A stretch of 64,000 bases of DNA, taken from the NCBI GenBank assembly GCA_017509785.1, contig JAFWOT010000012.1, forward strand, positions 645,476 through 709,475, given 5' to 3'. Positions 8,595-20,329 of this stretch are shown in pieces (position 1 is the stretch's first letter; every line of letters starts with the position of its first letter). The notes under the pieces were generated by a model, which was given only the letters and a program-made list of their open reading frames with translations, made no database searches and was not told where the DNA came from. The stretch is from Clostridia bacterium. Lineage in GTDB: Bacteria; Bacillota; Clostridia; Christensenellales; CAG-138. Made by a program: the position numbers and the translations under genes.

Positions 8595-9320
8595 TCACCT
8601 GAGGGATATCTCCGCCAATATGACGGTCTCCCCTCCCCTTGACATGCGGAGGGCGTATCCGCCCGGAGTCCTGCGGCGGAATATATCGAGAACGTCCCCC
8701 TCGAAACAGGGGGCGCGGAAAATGACCTCCGCGCACGAGATATCCATCTGAGCAAGCTCGGCCTTCGTGAACGCGCTCATGAGAGCGCGGACGTATGCGG
8801 CGTTGTTCATATGCCCGCCGACGTCGATATCGACGGAGCTCACGCGGTAATCGCAGAGCTTCTCGCCGGGGAGGAATTCGTCCTCAAGGCGGGAGAAGGG
8901 CTCTGGGCTCGCGGAGGGCTTGTCGAAGGGAAGCTCCTCCGGGAATATGCCGCGCATGGGGACGAGGCGCCCGCTGCCCGTGTTTATGACGGCCCACTCC
9001 GTCCTGCCTCTTATGACCGTCTCGCCGTTGAGATCGGCCTCATAGCTGCGGTTGGCGCGGACGCGCTCCGGCGCCTCCGGCCAGGTGCGAAGGGTGAGCT
9101 CCTCCGCCATGGAGGGGCGCTTTATGAATTCGACCCGTGTCTTGACCGTGAGCCAGAAGAGCCCGCGTTCCGCCATCGCCTCAAAGCCGACGCCGAGCAG
9201 CTCCGCGTGGATGGCCGCCATATCCATGAAGGCCCTGAACGTTTCGTAGACCCCGAGCCTGCCGAAGCAATCGGCGCAGCCGGGAGTGACAGTTAACCTG
9301 CTTTCATATATCTGTTCCAT
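8595..9320 (-). CDS. Acyl-ACP thioesterase family protein
   Basis: 241-aa ORF with a double hot-dog style sequence and the DIDVGGHMNNAAYV motif typical of acyl-ACP thioesterases. Confidence 0.7.
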   Translation of the reverse strand: MEQIYESRLTVTPGCADCFGRLGVYETFRAFMDMAAIHAELLGVGFEAMAERGLFWLTVKTRVEFIKRPSMAEELTLRTWPEAPERVRANRSYEADLNGETVIRGRTEWAVINTGSGRLVPMRGIFPEELPFDKPSASPEPFSRLEDEFLPGEKLCDYRVSSVDIDVGGHMNNAAYVRALMSAFTKAELAQMDISCAEVIFRAPCFEGDVLDIFRRRTPGGYALRMSRGGETVILAEISLR

Positions 9321-9606
9321 TGTTTTCCTCCTCCGCTGTCAGCAATACGGTGACAGCGTTGTTTTTTACGTGCGCGAACCCGCCGGGGAGCTTCAGATCT
9401 ACGGGCTCCTCACCCGGGCGCACGGCGGTGACGAACGACCCCGGCTCAAGCGCGATGAGCGCTTCCATATGCCCGGGCCTTATTCCGACGGAGCCGCCGC
9501 CCTCGCCGGCCTCGTTATCCATCGCCGTGAGGTTCACCGCGCCGCACGGGATGCGCCTTGCCCCGCCCGTCGGGGAGAGTATTATCAATTCCATACGGGA
9601 GCTCAT
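9304..9606 (-). CDS. atpC: F1 ATP synthase epsilon subunit
   Basis: About 100 aa, starting directly after the atpD stop and last in the atp operon. It has a beta-sandwich-type sequence (ELIILSP...VRPGH..LIALEPG). Confidence 0.75.
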   Translation of the reverse strand: MSSRMELIILSPTGGARRIPCGAVNLTAMDNEAGEGGGSVGIRPGHMEALIALEPGSFVTAVRPGEEPVDLKLPGGFAHVKNNAVTVLLTAEEENNGTDI

Positions 9607-9607
9607 A

Positions 9608-11863
<2,256 letters not shown>

Positions 11864-11880
<17 letters not shown>

Positions 11881-14128
11881 TGACTGCCTCCGCAAATCTG
11901 GCAAGAGCGGCTTTGAGCCTCGCCTCGAACTTCGGGTTCATGGCGGAGCCCGTTTCGAGCTGAGCGCGGAGCCGCGAACAGCGCGTCTCGAAAAACTCGA
12001 AGAGCTTCCGCTCGAATTCCTCCATCGCACCGGGCGCGAAGCCGTCCGCATAACCCTCGGAAACCGCGTAGATGAGGAGCGCCTGCTTCCAATCCGGCAT
12101 GGGCGAATACCGCCTCTGACGGAGGGCGTACATCATGCGCTCGCCCGAATCGAGCACGCGCCTCGTATCCTCGTCGAGATCGGACCCGAACTGCGAGAAC
12201 GCCGCGAGCTCGCGGTACTGGGCGAGCTCCATGCGGAGCTTGCCGGAGACCTGCTTCATCAGCTTCGTCTGGGCGGACGAGCCGACGCGCGAGACCGAGA
12301 GCCCCACGTTGACGGCGGGGCGCTGCCCCTCGTTGAAGAGGTCGGTTTCGAGGAATATCTGCCCGTCGGTTATTGAAATGACGTTCGTCGGTATATAGGA
12401 GGAGATATCCCCCGCCTGCGTTTCGATAATGGGCAGCGCGGTGACGGAGCCGCCGCCCGCCTCGGGGGAGAGCCTCGCGGCCCTTTCGAGGAGCCTCGAA
12501 TGCAGATAGAACACGTCGCCGGGGTAGGCCTCGCGCCCGGAGGGGCGGTGAAGCAGGAGCGAGAGCTCGCGGTAGGCGACGGCGTGCTTTGAAAGATCGT
12601 CGTAGACGATGAGGCAGTCCCGTCCGGAATACATGAAGTATTCGCTCATCGCGGCGCCCGCAAAGGGCGCTATGTACTGCATGGAGGCGGAGCTCGATGC
12701 GGGAGCGGAGACTATCGTCGTGTACTCCATCGCGCCGTTCCTTTCGAGCCTTGCGCGGATCTCGGCGACGGTCGAATCCTTCTGGCCGATGGCGACGTAA
12801 ATGCAGGGCACGTTCCTGCCCTTCTGATTGATTATCGCGTCTATCGCAAGGGCGGATTTGCCCGTCTGGCGGTCGCCGATAATGAGCTCGCGCTGGCCGC
12901 GCCCGATGGGGACGAGCGCGTCTATCGCCTTGACGCCCGTGTGCATGGGGACGTTGACCGTCTGCCTTTCCGGTATGCCCGGGGCCTTGAATTCTATGGG
13001 CCTGCGCTCGCGGGCGCGGATCCTGTCCTTGCCGTCGATCGCCCTGCCGAGGGGGTCGACCACCCTGCCGATGAGCTCATCCCCAACGGGGACGCTCGCT
13101 ATCCTGCCGACGCGGCGCACGCGGCTGAGTGTCTCTATCTTTTCATATCTTCCGAATACGACGCAGCCTATGCGCTCCGGCTCGATATCGAGTATCATGC
13201 CGCGCTCGCCGCATTCGAACTCGACCACCTCGCCGTACATGATGTCGGCAAGACCGTCGAGCCTGCAGATGCCGTCGGAAACGGAGAGCACGCGCCCGAG
13301 CTGGAATTCGTCGACAATTGCTTCGGAATCCATGATGCCCTGTTTTATATCCTCCGCGAGGGCCTCCGCCGTGAATTCGTGCGGAAGGGGACGCTTTATC
13401 AGATCGCGCTCCAGATGATAAAGGCGATCGTCCACCGTACAGTCGTAGACGGTGTCGCCTATCCTCAGCCGGAGACCGCCTACAAGCTCCGGATCCGTCC
13501 TCACCCAGAAGGAGGGCCTGCCGCTGACCTCGTCGAGAAGGGCGGAGGCTCTCGCGCCGATCCTCTCAACGATGGCGGGATCGAGCTCATACGCGGAGGT
13601 CAGCGTGACGTAGAGCACGTCGTGGTGCATGAGGTAGCACATATCGCCGGGGGTGAGCCTGATCTTTTCGAGTATCATCTCTGCGAGATCGGCTTCCTTC
13701 CCCCGGATGAGGGACCTGTACGGCTCCTCGCGGAAGAGCTCCCGCGCCCTTTGGCAGAGGCTTTTTACCGTCCTCTCGCGGAGCTTTATCATCGATTCGC
13801 GCCTCAGCTCCTCGCGGGTCATCTCCGACTCGCGGATCCGGCGGCGCTTTTCCGATTCGAAACGCTCGTTCAGCAGAGCCTCCTCGTCGGGCTGAGGCTC
13901 CTGCGGGGCGGCCTCCGCTTTAGCGGGCTCCTCCGCGGGTCCGTTCACTGCAGCTTCGGGAGGTATTATCCCCCCGTCAAGGGAGCGCGTCACGGCCTCC
14001 GCCTCATCGAGGGCGGCTTCGATATTCGCTCTTCTGGAAGAGAACATCCTTTTTATGCTCTTGCCGAGGGCGAGCCAAACTATGACGCCCAGCAGGAGGA
14101 AGTTCACGGCGGCATACAGATACTGCAT
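11864..14128 (-). CDS. atpA: ATP synthase alpha subunit, N-terminally fused to a b-like TM/coiled-coil segment and a delta (OSCP) C-terminal-like domain
   Basis: Single 754-codon ORF. Residues 1-145 are b-like ([23 protein letters not shown] plus a charged coil). Residues 150-245 are delta-like ([25 protein letters not shown]). From about residue 250 it is alpha ([23 protein letters not shown]). Confidence 0.85.
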
Positions 14129-14556
14129 TACGGCTCGCCTCCCTCTGTCAATCTGCGGGCATATGCCCGTGCGAGGGATTCTATCGAGCCCGCGAAAGCG
14201 GCCCCGGCCTCGTCCTCGAAACGGGCGGCGGCCTCCGCTTCACGAAGGTTCGCTTCCTCCAGCGCGCGTGAAAGCTCGCGAAGCTCCTCCTCCCGCTCGC
14301 GGCGAAGCGCCTCGAGCCGGCGGGAGTTTTCCTCCGCGGCGATGAGCTTCTGCGCTTCCGCCTCCGCGCGGGCGGCTTCAAGCTCCGCTTCACGCTGTGA
14401 ACGCGCCTCCGCAAGGCGCTGTGCGGCTCCCTCGATCTTGGCGCGGCGCTCGTCCATGACCTTCAGAACGGGTCGGAAAAGAAGCCGGTCGAGCACGAGC
14501 GCAAACAGGCCGAAGCAGATGATCGTCCAGATGATTTGTGAAAGGCTGATCTCCAT
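14128..14556 (-). CDS. atpF: Fo ATP synthase b subunit
   Basis: 142 aa, with one N-terminal TM helix ([23 protein letters not shown]) followed by a long charged Ala/Glu/Arg coiled coil. Confidence 0.85.
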   Translation of the reverse strand: MEISLSQIIWTIICFGLFALVLDRLLFRPVLKVMDERRAKIEGAAQRLAEARSQREAELEAARAEAEAQKLIAAEENSRRLEALRREREEELRELSRALEEANLREAEAAARFEDEAGAAFAGSIESLARAYARRLTEGGEP

Positions 14557-14789
14557 CAGCTTATCTTGCCGATGAGCATGAACGCGATGAGCAGACCGTA
14601 GATGGTCAGCGCCTCCATGAGGGCGAGCGAAAGGAGCAGGGTGCTCCTGATGTCCTTGGCGGCGTCGGGCTGGCGGGCTATGCTCTCCAGAGCGGCCTTT
14701 GCAGCCTTCCCCTGCCCGAGGGCGGGGAATATCGTGGATATCGCTATCGCGAGGGCGGCTGCAATTGCAATCAATGCGGATTCTGTCAT
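14556..14789 (-). CDS. atpE: Fo ATP synthase c subunit
   Basis: 77-aa hairpin protein with [18 protein letters not shown] and the carboxylate motif [12 protein letters not shown], which resembles Bacillus-type H+-coupled c subunits. Confidence 0.9.
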   Translation of the reverse strand: MTESALIAIAAALAIAISTIFPALGQGKAAKAALESIARQPDAAKDIRSTLLLSLALMEALTIYGLLIAFMLIGKIS

Positions 14790-14813
14790 GGGTCTTCTCC
14801 TTTATATAATAGG

Positions 14814-15476
14814 TTATTCTTCAATGAATTCCTGCAGATACGAGGCTGTAAGCATGGTGTAGACCATGGCCTGTATCGCGCAGAAGAGCAGCGAGAGCGC
14901 CATCATTATCATGGGCGCGCCGATGGGCAGGAGCTCGTAGAGGTTCTCCGTCACCATCTCCTCGCCGAATATGTTGCCGAAAAGACGGAGCGCAAGCGAG
15001 GCGGGCTTTATGAGCTCATCCAGCAGGAGCAGCGGCACTATCGGCGTGAGGAAATGTTTGACGTAATGCCTGCCGCCGGCCTTGGCTCCCGCCGCCTGCA
15101 GGAATACGAAGGTGACGATGCCGAGCCCCATCGTCACCGAGAGGGACGAGGTCGGCGCCTTGAAATAGGGCGATATGCCTACGCCCGGAATGAGGCCGGA
15201 ATAGTTCGCAAACAGTATGAACACGAAGAGCGAGCCGAGGAAGAACAGATACTTCCTCGCGTTCTTCTTCCCGAGAAGATCGGTAAAGAAATTATCGAGG
15301 TATTCCACGCCCGTCTCGATCGCGTTCTGGAGCCTGCCGGGACGCTCCCTGAGATTCCTCGTCACGATGAGGGAAATGACCGCGACGACGGCGATCATAA
15401 CGAGCATGGTTATGACCTCCGGAGTTATATCGAGTATGCCGAAAATTTTAACGATGGGTTCGGATACCTCACCCAC
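14814..15476 (-). CDS. atpB: Fo ATP synthase a subunit
   Basis: 220-aa polytopic protein containing the essential-Arg motif ASLALRLFGNIFGEE. Confidence 0.9.
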   Translation of the reverse strand: MGEVSEPIVKIFGILDITPEVITMLVMIAVVAVISLIVTRNLRERPGRLQNAIETGVEYLDNFFTDLLGKKNARKYLFFLGSLFVFILFANYSGLIPGVGISPYFKAPTSSLSVTMGLGIVTFVFLQAAGAKAGGRHYVKHFLTPIVPLLLLDELIKPASLALRLFGNIFGEEMVTENLYELLPIGAPMIMMALSLLFCAIQAMVYTMLTASYLQEFIEE

Positions 15477-15774
15477 GGTCGTTCACCTCCTCCTTTTCCG
15501 TCGGGTCCTTCGGGGCGCCGATGAGCCTTGCCGTGAAGAGCGCGAGCCCCACGGAAGCGCCGAGCGCCGCGCAGATGAGCGGAGCCGCCGGATCGAGCCC
15601 GAAATGCTTTGAAACAAAATAGACGAGCACCAGAAACCCGACCGCCAACGCCGCCCTCACGGGGAGTACCGCAAGGGGGTTTCCCTTCCTCCCGAGGGCG
15701 CGCTTTGTGAGCCTGCCGTTCACGAACTCGACCGCGAGGCCGAGGACGGCAGCCGAAATGCACGTCGGTATCAT
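15469..15774 (-). CDS. Small membrane protein at the head of the atp operon (AtpI/AtpZ-like)
   Basis: 101 aa with 3 hydrophobic helices. It overlaps the atpB start. The call rests on position and size only. Confidence 0.5.
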   Translation of the reverse strand: MIPTCISAAVLGLAVEFVNGRLTKRALGRKGNPLAVLPVRAALAVGFLVLVYFVSKHFGLDPAAPLICAALGASVGLALFTARLIGAPKDPTEKEEVNDRG

Positions 15775-15925
15775 GGCTCGCCTCCTTTATATATATTATC
15801 TGTTCATTGTATCATCCGCCGCGGGGCATGTCAAGCATTTTTATTGCTCTTATGCCCCTGCCGATATTGAAATACACGCCTCCGTCATGGTATAATATCG
15901 CCAACAAACGAAAGGAGCATTCGAT

Positions 15926-16960
15926 ATGTACCCCTTTGACAAGAATTACTGCGTTGAGGCGTTCCGCCGCCTGCTTGCGGCCGACAGCACGACCGGCCAA
16001 TATGAGGAGTGTCAGGCGCTTCTGATCGATATGCTGGGAGAGCTTGGCTATGAAGCATCCGTCACCCGCAAGGGCGGCGTGATAGTCGATCTCGGCGGCG
16101 AGGGCGAGCCCCTCGTCGTGACGGCGCATCTCGACGACATCGGCCTCATGGTGAGGCATATAAATAAGGACGGCACTCTTAACGTCTGCGCCGTCGGCGG
16201 GCTCTACCCCTTCTACTGCATGATGGAGAACGTCCGCGTCCACACGAGGGACGGGAACGTTTTCACCGGCTCCGTATGCCGCACGCCGAACTCCATCCAC
16301 GTCACCGAGGAGGAGCTGAGGGCGACTCTGCCCGATTTCCGCACGAACGTGTGCGTGGTGCTCGACGAGGACGTGAAGACCGCCGATGAGACCCGCGCGC
16401 TCGGCGTCGAGACGGGCGACATGATCGCGCTGGAGCCGCGCTTCGTCGAGGCGAACGGATATTTGAAATCCCACTTCATCGACGACAAGGCCTGCGCCGC
16501 GGTGCTCCTTGCCGCGATGAAGACCATAAAGGAACAGCGGATAGCGCTGCCCCGCAAGGTGTACGCCTACTTCGCCTTCTATGAGGAGATCGGTCACGGC
16601 ACGGTGACTCTGCCCGAGGATACCTGCGACATACTCGCCATCGATATCGCCCCGACCGGGCCCGATCAGAATTCCGACGAGCACAAGGTCTCCATATTCG
16701 CGAAGGATTCCCGCTTCCCCTATCATTGGGGGATGACGAACGAGCTGAGGCAGGCCGCGATCTCGGCGGGCGTCGACTACGTCATGGACATATTCACCCC
16801 CCACTACGGCACGGACTGCGACCCGGCTATAGCCGCGGGGTACGATCTGCGCCACGCCGCCATCGGCCCCGGCACCGCCAACAGCCACGGCTACGAGCGC
16901 ACGCATATCGACGGGCTGAAGGCGACCTACGAGCTGCTCATGGCCTACCTGTTGATGTGA
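15926..16960 (+). CDS. M42-family metallopeptidase (glutamyl aminopeptidase/FrvX-like)
   Basis: 344 aa with an AAAGGAG RBS. The motifs VTAHLDDIGLMV, FIDDKACAAVLL, FYEEIGHG and NSHGYERTH fit the M42 fold. Confidence 0.75.
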   Translation: MYPFDKNYCVEAFRRLLAADSTTGQYEECQALLIDMLGELGYEASVTRKGGVIVDLGGEGEPLVVTAHLDDIGLMVRHINKDGTLNVCAVGGLYPFYCMMENVRVHTRDGNVFTGSVCRTPNSIHVTEEELRATLPDFRTNVCVVLDEDVKTADETRALGVETGDMIALEPRFVEANGYLKSHFIDDKACAAVLLAAMKTIKEQRIALPRKVYAYFAFYEEIGHGTVTLPEDTCDILAIDIAPTGPDQNSDEHKVSIFAKDSRFPYHWGMTNELRQAAISAGVDYVMDIFTPHYGTDCDPAIAAGYDLRHAAIGPGTANSHGYERTHIDGLKATYELLMAYLLM

Positions 16961-16961
16961 T

Positions 16962-18182
16962 ATGAAAAGGATCGCCGCGGCTTTGGCATTGGCGCTCTGC
17001 CTGACGGTGCTCTGCGGGTGCGCGGGCAGAGGCACCCCCGAGACCACCGGGGAGCCCGTTTCGAGCGCCGCGCCCGAGGCCGAGTATGAGATGACGCACA
17101 TCGTCCGCTACTGGCCGGAGGACGCCGATTACGATTCCTGCGATTACGCCTGCATAGCGGAGATACCCATGTTCTCAAAGGCGTTCACGGCGGGCTACGC
17201 CATGAACGAGGCGGTCGACGCGTATTACGAAGCGCTCTGCGGGCGGATCGAAAGCGAATACATGCCCGCTTCCATCGCGCGCCCGCCCTATACCGAGATC
17301 GCCTGCGAGGTGGAAAAGACCGGCGATATCACGAACGTGATATTCACCGAAAAGCACTGCTATGAGGCTCAGCCGCAGACGCGGAAGCACGTCCTCATGC
17401 TGGACGGACGCGGGAACGCGATAAATCTCTGCGACGTGTTCCTGAACTACCGCGCCGAGCGAATGACGGCGGCTGCCATCGCGGAGGAGATCTCCGGCGA
17501 TCCGCGCTATTATCAGCTCGACACGGACGGGATACTCGCGTTCCTCGATATCAACCACGGCGCGAAGGCGACGGATACCGGCTGCACGGTATTCATACCC
17601 GAGGGGAAACTCGCCCCCTATGAGGAGGGCGTGCTCGAATTCGACTTCACTTTCGACGATATCGCGCCGGATTTCGTCGGGGAAAACGGCGCGATGACGA
17701 TTGAAGAATACAGGGATCTGACGGAGTTTTTGGGTTTCGTCGGGGACGGCGTAGTGGTGCGCGGTGATTTCATCGAGAACGGGACGCTTACCGAATACGC
17801 GGCCTCCTCGTTCATGGGGGAACTTGCGCAGACGCTCGGCATAAAGCCCGAGGCGGGCAGGATAAACGTACCGGAGGAGGAGTTCCTCTCCCTCTACCGC
17901 GAATGCTTCGGCGCGGAGTTCCCCGGCATAGACGTTGACGCGCACGACATCAGGCGCGAGGACGGCTTCTTCAAGGTGCGTTACGTGAGGAAGCCCTACC
18001 GCTACAACGTGGATATGCTTGAGGCTTTCCGGGAAGGCGGGACTCTTCGGATCGACGGGTCGCTGTACTTCGGGGATTTCGGCTATGCCTCGACAGAGTT
18101 TTCATGCAGCGTCAGCATCACGCTTGAAAGAAACAGCGCGAGCCCTTACGGGTTCACGCTGAAGGAATTCGTTATTCACTGA
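16962..18182 (+). CDS. Lipoprotein, possibly DUF4163/DUF3298 (RsiV-like) type
   Basis: MKRIAAALALALCLTVLCGCAG is a signal peptide with a lipobox. An internal segment (HVLMLDGRGNAINLCDVF) resembles DUF3298. The family call is tentative. Confidence 0.55.
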   Translation: MKRIAAALALALCLTVLCGCAGRGTPETTGEPVSSAAPEAEYEMTHIVRYWPEDADYDSCDYACIAEIPMFSKAFTAGYAMNEAVDAYYEALCGRIESEYMPASIARPPYTEIACEVEKTGDITNVIFTEKHCYEAQPQTRKHVLMLDGRGNAINLCDVFLNYRAERMTAAAIAEEISGDPRYYQLDTDGILAFLDINHGAKATDTGCTVFIPEGKLAPYEEGVLEFDFTFDDIAPDFVGENGAMTIEEYRDLTEFLGFVGDGVVVRGDFIENGTLTEYAASSFMGELAQTLGIKPEAGRINVPEEEFLSLYRECFGAEFPGIDVDAHDIRREDGFFKVRYVRKPYRYNVDMLEAFREGGTLRIDGSLYFGDFGYASTEFSCSVSITLERNSASPYGFTLKEFVIH

Positions 18183-18192
18183 TCTTCAGACT

Positions 18193-18222
18193 GAAACAGG
18201 CGGCCGTAAAGCCGCCTGTTTC
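18193..18222. terminator. Bidirectional rho-independent terminator between convergent genes
   Basis: Perfect 12 bp stem, GAAACAGGCGGC / GCCGCCTGTTTC, with loop CGTAAA. Confidence 0.8.
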
Positions 18223-18232
18223 CATGCTCTGT

Positions 18233-18874
18233 TTATTCGTAATTCCAGAGCACCTCTTCCGAACCGGTTTCAAGATCGAAATACAATACACTGGTCGGCC
18301 AGATCTGGATATAACGGGTCGGCTCGTCGTCAAGGAAGAAGCACGCGGTCATTCCCCCATCGCCGAAGTTCCAATCGGGCACGGCGTATTCGCTGAACTT
18401 TTCGACCAGTGCATCCTCCCCTTCCGCCCGATCATACTCGGAGAGAATCTTCCTCGCCTGCTCAAGCGTGATGCGGGGAGTGCCTTCGGGAATATCGCCC
18501 AATATCTCGCGGATAAGTCTTTCGCGCTGGACACTCGCAGCAAAAAGACTGTTCTTTGGAGCATTTTGGAGTTCTTCCCATTGTGCATCGGTCGCGTTCA
18601 TATAAAATCGATCCATGACCGACAGCTCATGCTCCTTCTCATATTTCTTTGCCTCCGCAAGGGACGGGTACATATCATAGATAGTCTTCTCCGCGGGTTC
18701 ATCGGTGACGACCGGCTCGTCGGTGACAACGGGCGCTTCCGTTTCCGCGTTCTCATCCGCTCCCGCGGGAGCGGCGGCGGAGGGATCCGCGGGAGCAGGC
18801 GACTCCCTGCAGGAGACCGCAAGCAACGCGAGAGCCATCAGCATTACAACAGCGATTATCCTTTTTTTGATCAT
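18233..18874 (-). CDS. Lipoprotein, function unknown
   Basis: MIKKRIIAVVMLMALALLAVSC is a signal peptide with a lipobox, followed by a Pro/Ala/Glu-rich linker. I recognised no family. Confidence 0.65.
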   Translation of the reverse strand: MIKKRIIAVVMLMALALLAVSCRESPAPADPSAAAPAGADENAETEAPVVTDEPVVTDEPAEKTIYDMYPSLAEAKKYEKEHELSVMDRFYMNATDAQWEELQNAPKNSLFAASVQRERLIREILGDIPEGTPRITLEQARKILSEYDRAEGEDALVEKFSEYAVPDWNFGDGGMTACFFLDDEPTRYIQIWPTSVLYFDLETGSEEVLWNYE

Positions 18875-19100
18875 GTTACTTCTCCTCCTCCTTTAGTTCC
18901 TGATCAAGCTATAAGAAACCACGTTGCCGTTCTCTTCGCATAGACGGATACGGTCGTTCTTTTGGTTTTTATCACATTTCATGTCTCTCAAATAAAGTAT
19001 ATAAATAATGGCAGGCAATGTCAAGGGGGAGCTGTGTATATATGATATATACTATTAATGCCTTCCCCCCTTCATCCCTGTCGCACTCCCATCCGCGCCG

Positions 19101-20279
19101 TCAGACCTCCTCCTTTTTTCTTTTGGCGAACCCGCTTGCGGCGGCCGCCGTGAGCGGCACGGCGAGCACGAGGCCGAGCGACCCCGCGACGGCTCTTATG
19201 ACTTCCATGATGGTATCGTCGTTGTTTATGAGCTGATAGGGCTGCATGCCCGCGGCGAACATGATTATCACGAGGTTCAGCGAGGAGCCGACGAAAGCCA
19301 GTATGAGGGTGTTCGTCATGGTGCCGATCATATCGCGGCCTATGTTCATGCCGGAGGTGAAGAGCCGCTTTTTGGAGAGGGTCGGATCCACCTCGTTCAG
19401 CTCGTTTACGGAGGAGGCGATGCTCATCGCAACGTCCATCACGGCGCCGAGCGCGGAGATGATTATGCCGGAAACGAACAGCCCGCGCACGTTGAGGGTG
19501 ACCCCGGGGAGCATTTGTGATTCATCGAGGAGCCATTCCGCCTCATCCATCGTGAGGCCGGAAACGCGGGCGATCCTCCCGCAGACTATGGCGAATACCG
19601 CCGAGACCGCGACGCAGAGCAGCGTGCCGAGCATGGCGGAGACGGTCTTTTTGGTGACGCCGCCGAGGAGCGTGAACCCGAAAACGGTTATAAAGAGGCA
19701 GCAGACGAGCGTCAGCGGCAGGGCGGGATAGCCCTTCAGCCACATGGGGATGAGGAAGAAGACTATCGCGATGAGCGAATAGAGAAGCCCGATAAGGCTC
19801 ATGACGCCCTTCTTCCGCCCGATGATCACGACAGCGATCACGAACAGCGCGAGCATGCCGACGAGCAGCCACGTGAAATCGTAATTGACGATGCTGATCT
19901 GGAAGCCGTCCTCACGCGAGTCGGCGGTGATGGTGACGGTGAGCACCGAGCCCTGCTTCGCGATCTTCTCATGGAGGGGGCCGAGATAGTTGGTGACGGG
20001 CATCGTCTCGCCCTTGAATCGACCCGTCAGCACGACGACGTTCAAGGACTGCGAACCGCGGGGAACGTCCTCCGCTTCATGGTCGACGGTGTAATTATCG
20101 AACAATACCTGCGTCACCCGCACAAGCTCATATTCGACGGTATAGTAGGGGTTCGCCTCCTTGGGGGCGGAATCCCGCGCGAGGAATATGCCGCCGATAA
20201 GCGCGGCGGCGCATATGAGAATGACGCAGATATCGATCAGCGTGCGTTTTTTATTTTGAGGCTTTAGGTTCTTTTTCAT
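19101..20279 (-). CDS. YibE/F-family integral membrane protein
   Basis: 392 aa, with an N-terminal extracytoplasmic domain followed by about 6 TM helices. GRDMIGTMTNTLILAFVGSSL is typical of YibE/F. Confidence 0.7.
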   Translation of the reverse strand: MKKNLKPQNKKRTLIDICVILICAAALIGGIFLARDSAPKEANPYYTVEYELVRVTQVLFDNYTVDHEAEDVPRGSQSLNVVVLTGRFKGETMPVTNYLGPLHEKIAKQGSVLTVTITADSREDGFQISIVNYDFTWLLVGMLALFVIAVVIIGRKKGVMSLIGLLYSLIAIVFFLIPMWLKGYPALPLTLVCCLFITVFGFTLLGGVTKKTVSAMLGTLLCVAVSAVFAIVCGRIARVSGLTMDEAEWLLDESQMLPGVTLNVRGLFVSGIIISALGAVMDVAMSIASSVNELNEVDPTLSKKRLFTSGMNIGRDMIGTMTNTLILAFVGSSLNLVIIMFAAGMQPYQLINNDDTIMEVIRAVAGSLGLVLAVPLTAAAASGFAKRKKEEV

Positions 20280-20291
20280 TGTTTTAAAAGC

Positions 20292-20315
20292 GGGGGCCGC
20301 CCCTTGACGGCCCCC
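20292..20315 (-). terminator. Rho-independent terminator after the 2,4xx-aa dockerin protein gene
   Basis: 8 bp stem GGGGGCCG / CGGCCCCC, followed on the minus strand by GCTTTTAAAAC. Confidence 0.7.
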
Positions 20316-20329
20316 TTCTCACTTTGGGA

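Noticed and set aside
12941-14575. Long ORFs opposite real genes. These are 12941..14575 (544 aa) opposite atpA/atpF, 15812..17101 opposite the M42 peptidase, and 33586..34863 and 35146..35910 opposite the endonuclease gene. Also 39987..40799 opposite the relaxase, and 43263..43832 and 44394..45038 opposite the MmeI-like gene.
   Set aside because: All are antisense to genes with strong motif support. They have Arg/Gly/Ala-rich, featureless translations and no RBS.
14556-14789. Possible Na+-coupled c subunit in the ATP synthase.
   Set aside because: The ion-site region is LMEALTIYG, as in H+-coupled Bacillus-type c subunits. It lacks the E-S-T arrangement of Na+-binding c subunits such as that of Ilyobacter tartaricus.
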